Shown here in pieces: positions 12,225 through 27,300 of a stretch of 64,000 nt of DNA; the first letter of the stretch is position 1, and every line of letters starts with the position of its first letter. Location: NCBI RefSeq assembly GCF_009914755.1, contig NC_060940.1. One strand, written 5' to 3'. The notes beneath the pieces are model-generated. The model was given only the letters and a program-made list of their open reading frames with translations, was not told the DNA's origin and searched no databases. This DNA is from the human T2T-CHM13v2.0 reference genome, Homo sapiens. The position numbers and the translations under genes are program-made.

Positions 12225-15200
12225 ATTTGATGATGATTCCATTCGAGTCCACTCGATGATTCCATTCGAGTCCATTTAATGAATCCATTGGTTTCAATTC
12301 TATGATGATTACATTGGATTTCATTCGTTGATGATTTCATTCGGTTCCATTCAATGATGATTCCATTCAATTCCTTTCAATGTTTCCATTCAATTCCATA
12401 CGATGATGATTCCATTTGATTTGATTCGACAGTGAGCCATTCGATTCAATTCCATGATGATTCTATTTGATTCAATTGGTTGACATTTCCATTCGATTCC
12501 ATTCGATGATGATTCCCTTTGATTCCATTCAAAGATGATTCCATTCTAGCCCATTCAATCATTCCATTCGATTCTATTCAATGATGATTCCATTCACGTC
12601 GATTTGGTGATTCCACTTGACTTCATTTGATGATGATTCCTTTCAAGTTCATTAGATGATTCCATTCGATTCCATTTGATGATGATCCCATTCGAGTCCA
12701 TTCAGTGATTCCATTCGTTTCCATTCCATGATGATTCCATTCCATTCCATTCAATGATTCCATTCGATTCCGTTTGATGATGATTTCATTCGAGTCCATT
12801 TAATGATTCCATTTGATTCCATTCGATGATGATTCCATTCGAGTCCATTCGATGATTCTATTCGAATCCATTTGATGATTTCTTTTGATTATAGTTGGTG
12901 ATGATTCCATTGGAGTCCATTCAATGATTCCATTCGATTCCAATCGATGATGATTCCATTAGAGTCCATTTAATGTTTCCATTTGATTCCAGTCTCTGAT
13001 GATTACATTCGAGTCCATACGATGATTCCACTCAATTCCATATGATGATGATTCCATTTGATTCCATTCGGTGATTCCATTCTATTCTATTCAATGGTGA
13101 TTCCATTCGAGTACATTAGATGATTCCATTCGATTCCATTCAATGATGATTCTATTTGTGTCCCTTAGATGATTCCACATGATTCCATTAGATGATGATA
13201 CTATTTGAGCCCATCCAATGATTCCCTTCGATTCCATTCGATGAGGATTCCATTCGATTCAATTCATTGGTGATTCTATTCAATTCAATTCTTTGATTCC
13301 ATTCCATTCCATTCGACAATGATTCCATTCGATTTCTTTCGATGATTCCACTCGATTCCACTTGACATTGATTCCATTCGATTCCATTCAATGATTCCAT
13401 TTGATTCCAGTGGATGATGATTGCCATCGATTCCATTCGATCACTCCATTCTATTCCATTTGATGATGATTACATTCGATTCCATTTGATGATTCCATCT
13501 GATTCTATTCGAGGATTCCATTTGATTCCATTCGATGATGATTCCATTCGAGTCCGTTCGATGATTTCATTCGAGTACATCCAATGATTCCATTCGAGTC
13601 CATTAGATGATTCCATTTGATTCCATTTGATAATGATTCTACTAGAGTCCATTCAATGACTCCATTCGAGTCCATTCAACAATTCCATTCGACTCCATTC
13701 GATGATTCCATTCGATTCCATTTGATGGTTCCATTCGAGTCCATTTAATCATTACAGTCGAGTCCATTTGGTGATTCCACCGGATTTCTTTTGATAATGA
13801 TACCATTCAATTACATTTGATGATGATCCCATTCAATTTCATTTGATGATGATTCCATTAGAGTCCATTCGATGATTTCATTCGAGTCCCTTCATTGATT
13901 CCATCCGATTTCATTGGATGATGACTCCATTCGAGTCCATTCGATGATTCCACTCGATTCCATTAGATGATTCCATTGGAGTCCATTTGATTGTTCCATT
14001 CGATTCCATTCGATTCCTTTCGAAGATTATTCCATTTGAGTCCATTCGATGATGATTCCATTCCATTCCATTCGATGATTCCGTTTGATTCCATTCGATG
14101 ATTCCCTTCGATTCCTTTCTTTGATGATTCCATTCCATTCCATTCAATGATTCCATTCGAATCTATTCCATGATGATTCCTTTCGATTCCATTCGCTGAT
14201 GTTTCCGTTCAATTCCATTCGATGATGATTCCATTCGATTCCATTCATTGAGGATTCCATTTGATTCCATTCAATGATGATTCCGTTCTATTCCATTCAA
14301 TGATTGCATTCAATTCCATTCAGTGATTATCCCCTTAGAGTAAACTCAACGATTCCATTCAATACCATTCGATGATGATTCCTTTTGAGTCCATTCAATG
14401 ATTTCATTCAAGTCCATTTGATGATTCCTTTCAATTCCATTCTATGATGATTCCATTCGAGTCCATTCGATGATTCCATTCGATTGCATTCGATGATTCC
14501 ATTATATTCCAGTCAACGATGATTCCATTCGAGTCCATTCGATGATTCCATTAGAGTACATTTAATGATTGCTTTGTTTTCTATTCGAAGATGATTACAT
14601 TGGATTCCATTCTATGATACCATTCGATTCCATTCAATGATGATTCCACTCAAATCCATTGGATGATTCCATTCGTGTCCATTCGGTGATTTCATTAGAT
14701 TCCATTCGAGGATGATTCCATTCGATTCCATTCGATGATTCCATTCAATTCCATTCGAGGATGATTCCATTCCAGTCCATATGATCATTCCATTTGATTT
14801 CATTCGATGATGATTCCATTCGATTCCATTCGATGATTCCATTCTATTCCATTCGATGATGATTCCATTCGAGTCCATTCGATGATTCCATTCGAGTCCA
14901 TTTAATGATTCCATTGGGTTCAATTCAATGATGATTACATTGGATTCCGTTCTATGATTCCATTCAATTCCGTTCATTGACAATTTGATTCCATTCGATG
15001 ATGATTCCATTTGAGTTCATTCGATGATTCTATTCGATTCTCTTCGATGGTGATTCAATTCTATTATATTGGATGATTCCATTCGATTCCATTTGATGTT
15101 GATTCAATTCGATTCTATTCGATGATGATTCCATTGGATTTCACTTGATGATTCTATTCGATTCCATTCAATGATGATTCACTTCTCGTCCATTGGATGA

Positions 15201-18200
15201 TTCCATTTCATTCCATTCGATGATGATTCCATTCGATTCCATTCGATGATTCCATTTGATTCCATGCGTCGGTGAGCAATTCGATTCAATTCCATGATGA
15301 TTCTATTTGATTCAATTAGATGATGTTTCCATTCGAATCCATTCCATGATTATTCCATTGGAATCCATTCGGCGATGATTCCATATGAGTCAATTCAATG
15401 ATGATTCCATATGGGTCCGTTCGATGATAATTCCATTTGATTTCATTCGGTGCTTCTATTCAATTCCAGTCGATGATGATTCCGTTGGAGTCCATACGAT
15501 GATTCCATTTGATTTCATTTGATGATGATTCCATTCGATGATGATTACATTGGATTCCATTCTATGATTCCATTCAATTCCATTCGTTGATGATTCGATT
15601 CCATTCAATGATGATTCCATTTGAGTTCATTCGATGATTCTATTCGATTCCGTTCGGTGGTGATTCAATTCTCTTATATTGGATGATTCCACTCGATTCC
15701 ATTTGATGATTATTCCATTGGAGTCCACTTAGGGAATCCTTCAGATTCTTCTCGAAGATGATTCCATTCAAGTCCATTCAATCATACCATTCAATTCCAT
15801 TCGTTGATGCTTCCATTCAAGTGCATTCGATGATATCATTCGATTCCATTTGATGATAATTCCATTTGATTCCATGCGATGATTCTATTCGATTCCATTC
15901 AATGATAATTCCATTCAATTCAGTGATTCCTCTGGACTCCATTTGATGATGATTCCATTCAATGATTCCATTCGATTCTATTCGAAAATGATTCCATTCG
16001 ATTCCATTCGACGATGATTCCATTCGATTCCATTTGATGATTCCATTCGATTCCATTCGATGATGATTCCATTCGATTCCATTTGATGATTCCATTCTAT
16101 TCTATTCGATGATGATTCCATTCGATTCCGTTTGATGATGATTGGATTCGATTCCATTGGATGATTTCATTTGATCCCATTCGTTAATGATTTCGATCAA
16201 TTCCATTCGATGATTCCATTTGATTCCATTCGATAATGATTACATCCGAGTCCATTCGATGATTCCATTTGAGCCCGTTCGATAATTCCATTTGAGTCCA
16301 ATCAATGATTCCATTAATTTCCATTCAATGATTCCATTAGAGTCCATTTGATCATTCCGGTAGAGTCCATTCCATGTTGATTCCATTGGAGTGCATTCGA
16401 TGATTCCATTCGAGTCCATTTTATGATTTGATTCGAGTCCTTTCGATGATTCCATTCGATTCCACTCGATGATGATTTCATTCGAGTCCATTCGACACTT
16501 CCAATCGATTCCATTTGATGTTTCCATTCGAGTCCAATTGATGATTCCATTCAATTCCATTCGATGATGATTCCGTACGATTCCATTCTGTGATGATTCC
16601 ATGTGATTGCATTCAATGATGATTCCTTTCGATTGCATTCGATTATGATTCATTTCTTGTTCATTCTATGGTTCCACAGGTTTCCATTCGTGTCCATTCC
16701 ATTATTCCATTCTATTCCATTTGATGATGATTCCATTCGATTCCATTCATTGGTGATTCCACTCAATTCCATTCAATGATTCCATTCCATTTCTTTCAAC
16801 AATGATTCCATTAGTTTCTAATCGATGATCCACTTGATACCATTTGACGACGATTCCATTCTTGTCCATTCGATGATTCCATTTGATTCCATATGATGAT
16901 GATTCCATTCGATTCCATACGATGATGATTCCATTCGAGTCCATTCAATGGTGATTCCATTCAATTCCATTCGATGATTCCTTTCGATTCCATTCGATGA
17001 TGATGGCATTCGATTCCTTTCAATCATTCCCTTTGATTGCATTCAAAGGTGATTTCATTCAAGTCTATTCGATAATTGCATTCGATTCCATTCTATGATG
17101 ATTCCATTCGAGTCCATTTGATGATTCCATTCAATTCAAGTCAATGATGATTCCATTCGATTCCATTCGATGATTCCATTGGATTCCATTGGATGATGAT
17201 TCCATTCAAATCCATTCGATAATTCAATTCAAGTCCATTCGATGATGATTCCAATCGAATCCATTCAAAGATTCCATTCAGTTCCATTCGATGATTCCCT
17301 TAGATTCCATTCGATGATGCCACTTGATTCCATTTACGATGATTCCTTTTGATTCCATGTGATGATTCCATTCAATTCTATTCAATGATGTTTCCATTTG
17401 ATTCCATTCGATCATGATTGCCTTTGATTCCATTCAATGATTCCATTCGGTTCCTTTTGATGATGATTCCGTTCGATTCCATTTGATGATTCCATTTGAT
17501 TCCATTGGATGAGTCCATTCGATTACATTCGATGATTATTCCACTCGAGTGCATTAGATGATTCCATTCGAGTCCATTCGATGATTCCATTCGATTCCAT
17601 TCGATGTTGATTCTGTTCAAATCCATTCGATGATTCCACTCGATTCCATTCGATGACTCCATTTGATCCCATTCGATGATTTCCTGTGATTCCCTTTGAT
17701 GATCATTCCATTTGATGCAATTCGGTGATTTCATTGGATTCCATTCAGTGATGTTTCCATTCGACTCCATTCGATGATGATTCCATTCGACTCCATTCGA
17801 TTATGATTTCATTCAATTCCATTCGATAATGATTCCCTTCGAGTCCATTCGATGATTCCATTCGATTCCATTCAACGATGATTTGATTCGTGTCCATTCG
17901 ATGATTCCATTTGATTCCACTTGATGATGATTCCATTCGAGTCCATTTGATGATTCCATTCAATTCCATTCTCCGATGATTTCTTTTGAGCCCACTCAAT
18001 GCTTCCACTCGATTCCATATGATGATGACTCCATTCGATGAAATTCGATGATGATTCCATTCGCTTCCTTTCGATGATGATTCCACTTGAGTCCGTTAGA
18101 AGATTCTAATCAATTACATTCCATGACGATTCCGTTCGAGTCCATTTGATGATTCCATTAGACTCCATTCGACGATGATTCCATTCGATGTTATTCGATG

Positions 18201-18336
18201 ATTCCATTCGATCTCATTCGATGATGATTCCATTCAACTCCATTCGATGTTTCCATTTGAGTTCATTCTATTATTCCATTAGATTCCATTCGATGATGAT
18301 TCCATTCGCTTCCATTTGATGATTGCATTCTATTTC
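12225..18336 (+). repeat. Higher-order unit copy 3 (6112 bp; chimeric, variant lineage switches near 15.8-16.2 kb)
   Basis: Marker 13188 to 19300 = 6112. Left part shares variants with copy 2; right part shares variants with copies 4-6. Confidence 0.92.
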
Positions 18337-21300
18337 AATAGATGATGATTCCATCCGAGTCCACTCAATGATTCCATTCGAGTCCATTTAATGAATCCAT
18401 TGGTTTCAATTCTATGATGATTACATTGGATTCCATTCGTTGATGATTTCATTCGATTCCATTCAATGATGATTCCATTCAATTCCTTTCAATGTTTCCA
18501 TTCAATTCCATACGATGATGATTCCATTTGATTTGATTCGACAGTGAGCCATTCGATTCAATTCCATGATGATTCTATTTGATTCCATTGGTTGACATTT
18601 CCATTCGATTCCATTCGATGATGATTCCCTTTGATTCCATTCAAAGATGATTCCATTCTAGCCCATTCAATCATTCCATTCGATTCTATTCAATGATGAT
18701 TCCATTCATGTCGATTTGGTGATTCCATTTGACTTCATTTGATGATGATTCCTTTCAAGTTCATTAGATGATTTCATTCGATTCCATTTGATGATGATCC
18801 CATTCGAGTCCATTCAGTGATTCCATTCGTTTCCATTCCATGATGATTCCATTCCATTGCATGCAATGATTCCATTCGATTCCGTTTGATGATGATTTCA
18901 TTCGAGTCCATTTGATGATTCCATTTGATATGGTTCGATGATGATTCCATTCGAGTCCATTCGATGATTCTATTCGAATCCATTTGATGATTTCTTTTGA
19001 TTATAGTTGGTGATGATTCCATTGGAGTCCATTCAATGATTCCATTCGATTCCAATCGATGGTGATTCCATTAGAGTCCATTTAATGATTCCATTTGATT
19101 CCAGTCTCTGATGATTACATTCGAGTCCATACGATGATTCCACTCAATTCCATATCATGATGATTCCATTCGATTCCATTCGATGATTCCATTCTATTCT
19201 ATTCAATGGTGATTCCATTCGAGTACATTAGATGATTCCATTCGATTCCATTCAATGATGATTCTATTTGTGTCCCTTAGATGATTCCACATGATTCCAT
19301 TAGATGATGATACTATTTGAGCCCATCCAATGATTCCCTTCGATTCCATTCGATGAGGATTCCATTCGATTCAATTCATTGGTGACTCTATTCAATTCAA
19401 TTCTTTGATTCCATTCCATTCCATTAGACAATGATTCCATTCGATTTCTTTCGATGATTCCACTCGATTCCACTTGACATTGATTCCATTCGATTCCATT
19501 CAATGATTCCATTTGATTCCAGTGGATGATGATTGCCATCGATTCCGTTCGATCACTCCATTCTATTCCATTTGATGATGATTACATTCGATTCCATTTG
19601 ATGATTCCATCTGATTCTATTCGAGGATTCCATTTGATTCCATTCGATGATGATTCCATTCGAGTCCATTCGATGATTTCATTCGAGTACATCCAATGAT
19701 TCCATTCGAGTCCATTTGATGATTCCATTTGATTCTATTTGATTATGATTCTACTAGAGTCCATTCAATGACTCCATTCGAGTCCATTCAACAATTCCAT
19801 TCGACTCCATTCGATGATTCCATTCGATTGCATTTGAGGATTCCATTCGAGTCCATTTAGTCATTACAGTCGAGTCCATTTGGTGATTCCACTGGATTTC
19901 TTTTGATAATGATACCATTCAATTACATTTGATGATGATCCCATTCAATTTCATTTGATGATGATTCCATTAGAGTCCATTCGATGATTTCATTCGAGTC
20001 CCTTCATTGATTCCATCCGATTTCATTGGATGATGACTCCATTCGAGTCCCTTTTCCACTCGATTCCATTAGATGATTCCATTGGAGTCCATTTGATTGT
20101 TCCATTTGATTCCATTCGATTCCTTTCGAAGATTATTCCATTTGAGTCCATTCGATGATGATTCCATTCCATTCCATTCGATGATTCCGTTTGATTCCAT
20201 TCAATGATTCCCTTCGATTCCTTTCTTTGATGATTCCATTCCATTCCATTCAATGATTCCATTCGAATCTATTCCATGATGATTCCTTTCGATTCCATTC
20301 GCTGATGTTTCCGTTCAATTCCATTCGATGATGATTCCATTCGATTCCATTCATTGAGGATTCCATTTGATTCCATTCAATGATGATTCCATTCTATTCC
20401 ATTCAATGATTTCATTCAATTCCATTCAATGATTATCCCATTAGAGTAAACTCAATGATTCCATTCAATACCATTCGATGATGATTCCATTTGAGTCCAT
20501 TCAATGATTTCATTCAAGTCCATTTGATGATTCCTTTCAATTCCATTCTATGATGATTCCATTCGAGTCCATTCGATGGTTCCATTCGATTGCATTCGAT
20601 GATTCCATTATATTCCATTCAACGACGATTCCATTCGAGTCCATTCGATGATTCCATTAGAGTACATTTAATGATTGCTTTGTTTTCAATTCGAAGATGA
20701 TTACATTCGATTCCATTCTATGATACCATTCGATTCCATTCAATGATGATTCCACTCAAATCCATTGGATGATTCCATTCGTGTCCATTCGGTGATTTCA
20801 TTAAATTTCATTCGAGGATGATTCCATTCGATTCCATTCGATGATTCCATTCAATTCCATTCGACGATGATTCCATTCGAGTCCATATGATCATTCCATT
20901 TGATTTCATTCGATGATGATTCCATTCGATTCCATTCGATGATTCCATTCTATTCCATTCGATGATGATTCCATTCGAGTCCATTCGATGATTCCATTCG
21001 AGTCCATTTAATGATTCCATTGGGTTCAATTCAATGATGATTACATTGGATTCCGTTCTATGATTCCATTCAATTCCGTTCATTGACAATTTGATTCCAT
21101 TCGATGATGATTCCATTTGAGTTCATTCGATGACTCTATTCGATTCCCTTCGATGGTGATTCAATTCTATTATATTGGATAATTTGATTCCATTCGATTC
21201 CATTTGATGTTGATTCAATTCGATTCTATTCGATGATGATTCCATTGGATTTCACTTGATGATTCTATTCGATTCCATTCAATGATGATTCACTTCTCGT

Positions 21301-24300
21301 CCATTGGATGATTCCATTTCATTCCATTCGATGATGATTCCATTCGATTCCATTTGATGATTCCATTTGATTCCATTCGACGGTGAGCAATTTGATTCAA
21401 TTCCATGATGATTCTGTTTGATTCAATTAGATGATGTTTCCATTCGAATCCATTCCATGATTATTCCATTGGAATCCATTTGGCGATGATTCCATATGAG
21501 TCAATTCAATGATGATTCCATATGGGTCCGTTCGATGATAATTCCATTTGATTTCATTCGATGCTTCTATTCTATTCCAGTCGATGATGATTCCGTTGGA
21601 GTCCATACGATGATTCCATTTGATTTCATTTGATGATGATTCCATTCGATGATGATTACATTGGATTCCATTCTATGATTCCATTCAATTCCATTCGTTG
21701 ATGATTCGATTCCATTCAATGATGATTCCATTTGAGTTCATTCGATGATTCTATTCGATTCCGTTTGATGGTGATTCAATTCTATTATATTGGATGATTC
21801 CACTCGATTCCATTTGATGATTATTCCATTGGAGTCCACTTAGTGAATCCTTTAGATTCTACTCGAAGATGATTCCATTCGAGTCCATTCGACGATACCA
21901 TTCAATTCCATTCGTTGATGCTTCCATTCAAGTGCATTCGATGATATCATTCGATTCCATTTGATGATAATTCCATTTGATTCCATGCGATGATTCTATT
22001 CGATTCCATTCAATGATAATTCCATTCAATTCAGTGATTCCTCTGGACTCCATTTGATGATGATTCCATTCAATGATTCCATTCGATTCTATTCGAAAAT
22101 GATTCCATTTGAATCCATTTGATGATGATTCCATTAGATTCCATTTAATGATTCCATTCTATTCTATTCGATGATGATTCCGTTCGATTCCATTTGATGA
22201 TGATTGGATTCGATTCCATTGGATGATTTCATTTGATCCCATTCGTTAATGATTTCGATCAATTCCATTCGATGATTCCATTCGATTCCATTCGATAATG
22301 ATTACATCCGAGTCCATTCGATGATTCCATTTGAGCCTGTTCGATAATTCCATTTGAGTCCAATCAATGATTCCATTCATTTCCATTCAATGATTCCATT
22401 AGAGTCCATTTGATCATTCCGGTAGGGTCCATTCCATGTTGATTCCATTGGAGTGCATTCGATGATTCCATTCGAGTCCATTTTATGATTTGATTCGAGT
22501 CCTTTCGATGATTCCATTCGATTCCACTCGATGATGATTTCATTCGAGTCCATTCGACACTTCCAATCGATTCCATTTGATGTTTCCATTCGAGTCCAAT
22601 TGATGATTCCATTCAATTCCATTCGATGATGATTCCGTACGGTTCCATTCTGTGATGATTCCATGTGATTGCATTCAATGATGATTCCTTTCGATTGCAT
22701 TCGATTATGATTCATTTCGTGTTCATTCTATGGTTCCACAGGTTTCCATTCGTGTCCATTCCATTATTCCATTCTATTCCATTTGATGATGATTCCATTC
22801 GATTCCATTCATTGGTGATTCCACTCAATTCCATTCAATGATTCCATTCCATTTCTTTCAACAATGAGTCCATTAGATTCTAATCGATGATCCACTTGAT
22901 TCCATTTGACGATGATTCCATTCTTGTCCATTCGATGATTCCATTTGATTCCATATGATGATGATTCCATTCGATTCCATACGATGATGATTCCATTCGA
23001 GTCCATTCAATGGTGATTCCATTCAATTCCATTCGATGATTCCTTTCGATTCCATTCGATGATGATGGCATTCGATTCCTTTCAATCATTCCTTTTGATT
23101 CCATTCAAAGGTGATTTCATTCAAGTACATTCGATAATTGCATTCGATTCCATTCTATGATGATTCCATTCGAGTCCATTTGATGATTCCATTCAATTCA
23201 AGTCAATGATGATTCCATTCGATTCCATTCGATGATTCCATTGGATTCCATTCGATGATGATTCTATTCAAATCCATTCGATAATTCATTTCAAGTCCAT
23301 TCGATGATGATTCCAATCGAATCCATTCAAAGATTCCATTCAGTTCCATTCGATGATTCCCTTAGATTCCATTCGATGATTCCACTTGATTCCATTTACG
23401 ATGATTCCTTTCGATTCCATGTGATGATTCCATTCAATTCTATTCAATGATGTCTCCATTTGATTCCATTCGACCATGATTGCCTTTGATTCCATTCAAT
23501 GATTCCATTCGGTACCTTTTGATGATGATTCCGTTCGATTCCATTTGATGATTCCATTTGATTCCATTGGATGAGTCCATTCGATTACATTCGATGATTA
23601 TTCCACTCGAGTGCATTAGATGATTCCATTCGAGTCCATTCGATGATTCCATTCGATTCCATTCGATGTTGATTCTGTTCAAATCCATTCGATGATTCCA
23701 CTCGATTCCATTCGATGACTCCATTTGATCCCATTTGATGATTTCCTGTGATTCCCTTTGATGATCATTCCATTTGATTCAATTCGGTGATTTCATTGGA
23801 TTCCATTCAGTGATGTTTCCATTCGACTCCATTCGATGATGATTCCATTCGACTCCATTCGATTATGATTTCATTCAATTCCATTCGATAATGATTCCCT
23901 TCGAGTCCATTCGATGATTCCATTCGATTCCATTCAACGATGATTTGATTCGTGTCCATTCGATGATTCCATTTGATTCCACTTGATGATGATTCCATTC
24001 GTGTCCATTTGATGATTCCATTCAATTCCATTCTCCGATGATTTCTTTTGAGCCCACTCAATGCTTCCACTCGATTCCATATGATGATGACTCCATTCGA
24101 TGAAATTCGATGATGATTCCATTCGCTTCCTTTCGATGATGATTCCACTTGAGTCCGTTAGAAGATTCTATTCAATTACATTCCATGACGATTCCGTTCG
24201 AGTCCATTTGATGATTCCATTAGACTCCATTCGACGATGATTCCATTCGATGTTATTCGATGATTCCATTCGATCTCATTCGATGATGATTCCATTCAAC

Positions 24301-24398
24301 TCCATTCGATGTTTCCATTCGAGTTCATTCTATTATTCCATTAGATTCCATTCGATGATGATTCCATTCGCTTCCATTTGATGATTGCATTCTATTTC
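18337..24398 (+). repeat. Higher-order unit copy 4 (6062 bp; -6, +5 and -49 bp indels)
   Basis: Marker offsets versus copy 1 are -6 at 21116, -1 at 21427 and -50 at 22715. Indels visible at ~20051, 21181 and ~22145. Confidence 0.92.
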
Positions 24399-27300
24399 AA
24401 TAGATGATGATTCCATCCGAGTCCACTCAATGATTCCATTCGAGTCCATTTAATGAATCCATTGGTTTCAATTCTATGATGATTACATTGGATTCCATTC
24501 GTTGATGATTTCATTCGATTCCATTCAATGATGATTCCATTCAATTCCTTTCAATGTTTCCATTCAATTCCATACGATGATGATTCCATTTGATTTGATT
24601 CGACAGTGAGCCATTCGATTCAATTCCATGATGATTCTATTTTATTCCATTGGTTGACATTTCCATTCGATTCCATTCGATGATGATTCCCTTTGATTCC
24701 ATTCAAAGATGATTCCATTCTAGCCCATTCAATCATTCCATTCGATTCTATTCAATGATGATTCCATTCATGTCGATTTGGTGATTCCATTTGACTTCAT
24801 TTGATGATGATTCCTTTCAAGTTCATTAGATGATTCCATTCGATTCCATTTGATGATGATCCCATTCGAGTCCATTCAGTGATTCCATTCGTTTCCATTC
24901 CATGATGATTCCATTCCATTCCATGCAATGATTCCATTCGATTCCATTTGATGATTATTTCATTCGAGTCCATTTGATGATTCCATTTGATTCCATTCGA
25001 TGATGATTCCATTCGAGTCCATTCGATGATTCTATTCGAATCCCTTTGATGATTTCTTTTGATTATAGTTGGTGATGATTCCATTGGAGTCCATTCAATG
25101 ATTCCATTCGATTCCAATCGATGGTGATTCCATTAGAGTCCATTTAATGATTCCATTTGATTCCAGTCTCTGATGATTACATTCGAGTCCATACGATGAT
25201 TCCACTCAATTCCATATCATGATGATTCCATTCGATTCCATTCGATGATTCCATTCTATTCTATTCAATGGTGATTCCATTCGAGTACATTAGATGATTC
25301 CATTCGATTCCATTCAATGATGATTCTATTTGTGTCCCTTAGATGATTCCACATGATTCCATTAGATGATGATACTATTTGAGCCCATCCAATGATTCCC
25401 TTCGATTCCATTCGATGAGGATTCCATTCGATTCAATTCATTGGTGATTCTATTCAATTCAATTCTTTGATTCCATTCCATTCCATTCGACAATGATTCC
25501 ATTCGATTTCTTTCGATGATTCCACTCGATTCCACTTGACATTGATTCCATTCGATTCCATTCAATGATTCCATTTGATTCCAGTGGATGATGATTGCCA
25601 TCGATTCCGTTCGATCACTCCATTCTATTCCATTTGATGATGATTACATTCGATCCCATTTGATGATTCCATCTGATTCTATTCGAGGATTCCATTTGAT
25701 TCCATTCGATGATGATTCCATTCGAGTCCATTCGATGATTTCATTCGAGTACATCCAATGATTCCATTCGAGTCCATTTGATGATTCCATTTCATTCCAT
25801 TTGATTATGATTCTACTAGAGTCCATTCAATGACTCCATTCGAGTCCATTCAACAATTCCATTCGAGTCCATTCGATGATTCCATTCGATTCCATTTGAT
25901 GATTCCATTCGAGACCATTTAATCATTACAGTCGAGTCCATTTGGTGATTCCACTGGATTTCTTTTGATAATGATACCATTCAATTACATTTGATGATGA
26001 TCCCATTCAATTTCATTTGATGATGATTCCATTAGAGTCCATTCGATGATTTCATTCGAGTCCCTTATTGATTCCATCCGATTTCATTGGATGATGACTC
26101 CATTCGAGTCCATTCGATGATTCCACTCGATTCCATTAGATGATTCCATTGGAGTCCATTTGATTGTTCCATTCGATTCCATTCGATTCCTTTCGAAGAT
26201 TATTCCATTTGAGTCCATTCGATGATGATTCCATTCCATTCCATTCGATGATTCCGTTTGATTCCATTCGATGATTCCATTTGATTCCATTCGACGGTGA
26301 GCAATTCGATTCAATTCCATGATGATTCTATTTGATTCAATTAGATGATGTTTCCATTCGAATCCATTCCATGATTATTCCATTGGAATCCATTTGGCGA
26401 TGATTCCATATGAGTCAATTCAATGATGATTCCATATGGGTCCGTTCGATGATAATTCCATTTGATTTCATTCGATGCTTCTATTCTATTCCAGTCGATG
26501 ATGATTCCGTTGGAGTCCATACGATGATTCCATTTGATTTCATTTGATGATGATTCCATTCGATGATGATTACATTGGATTCCATTCTATGATTCCATTC
26601 AATTCCATTCGTTGATGATTCGATTCCATTCAATGATGATTCCATTTGAGTTCATTCGATGATTCTATTCGATTCCGTTCGATGGTGATTCAATTCTATT
26701 ATATTGGATGATTCCACTCGATTCCATTTGATGATTATTCCATTGGAGTCCACTTAGGGAATCCTTTAGATTCTACTCGAAGATGATTCCATTCGAGTCC
26801 ATTCGATGATACCATTCAATTCCATTCGTTGATGCTTCCATTCAAGTGCATTCGATGATATCATTCGATTCCATTTGATGATAATTCCATTTGATTCCAT
26901 GCGATGATTCTATTCGATTCCATTCAATGATAATTCCATTCAATTCAGTGATTCCTCTGGACTCCATTTGATGATGATTCCATTCAATGATTCCATTCGA
27001 TTCTATTCGAAAATGATTCCATTTGAATCCATTTGATGATGATTCCATTAGATTCCATTTGATGATTCCATTCGATTCCATTCGACGATGATTCCATTCG
27101 ATTCCATTTGATGATTCCATTCTATTCTATTCGATGATGATTCCATTCGATTCCATTTGATGATGATTGGATTCGATTCCATTTGATGATTTCATTTGAT
27201 CCCATTCGTTAATGATTTCGATCAATTCCATTCGATGATTCCATTCGATTCCATTCGATAATGATTACATCCGAGTCCATTCGATGATTCCATTTGAGCC

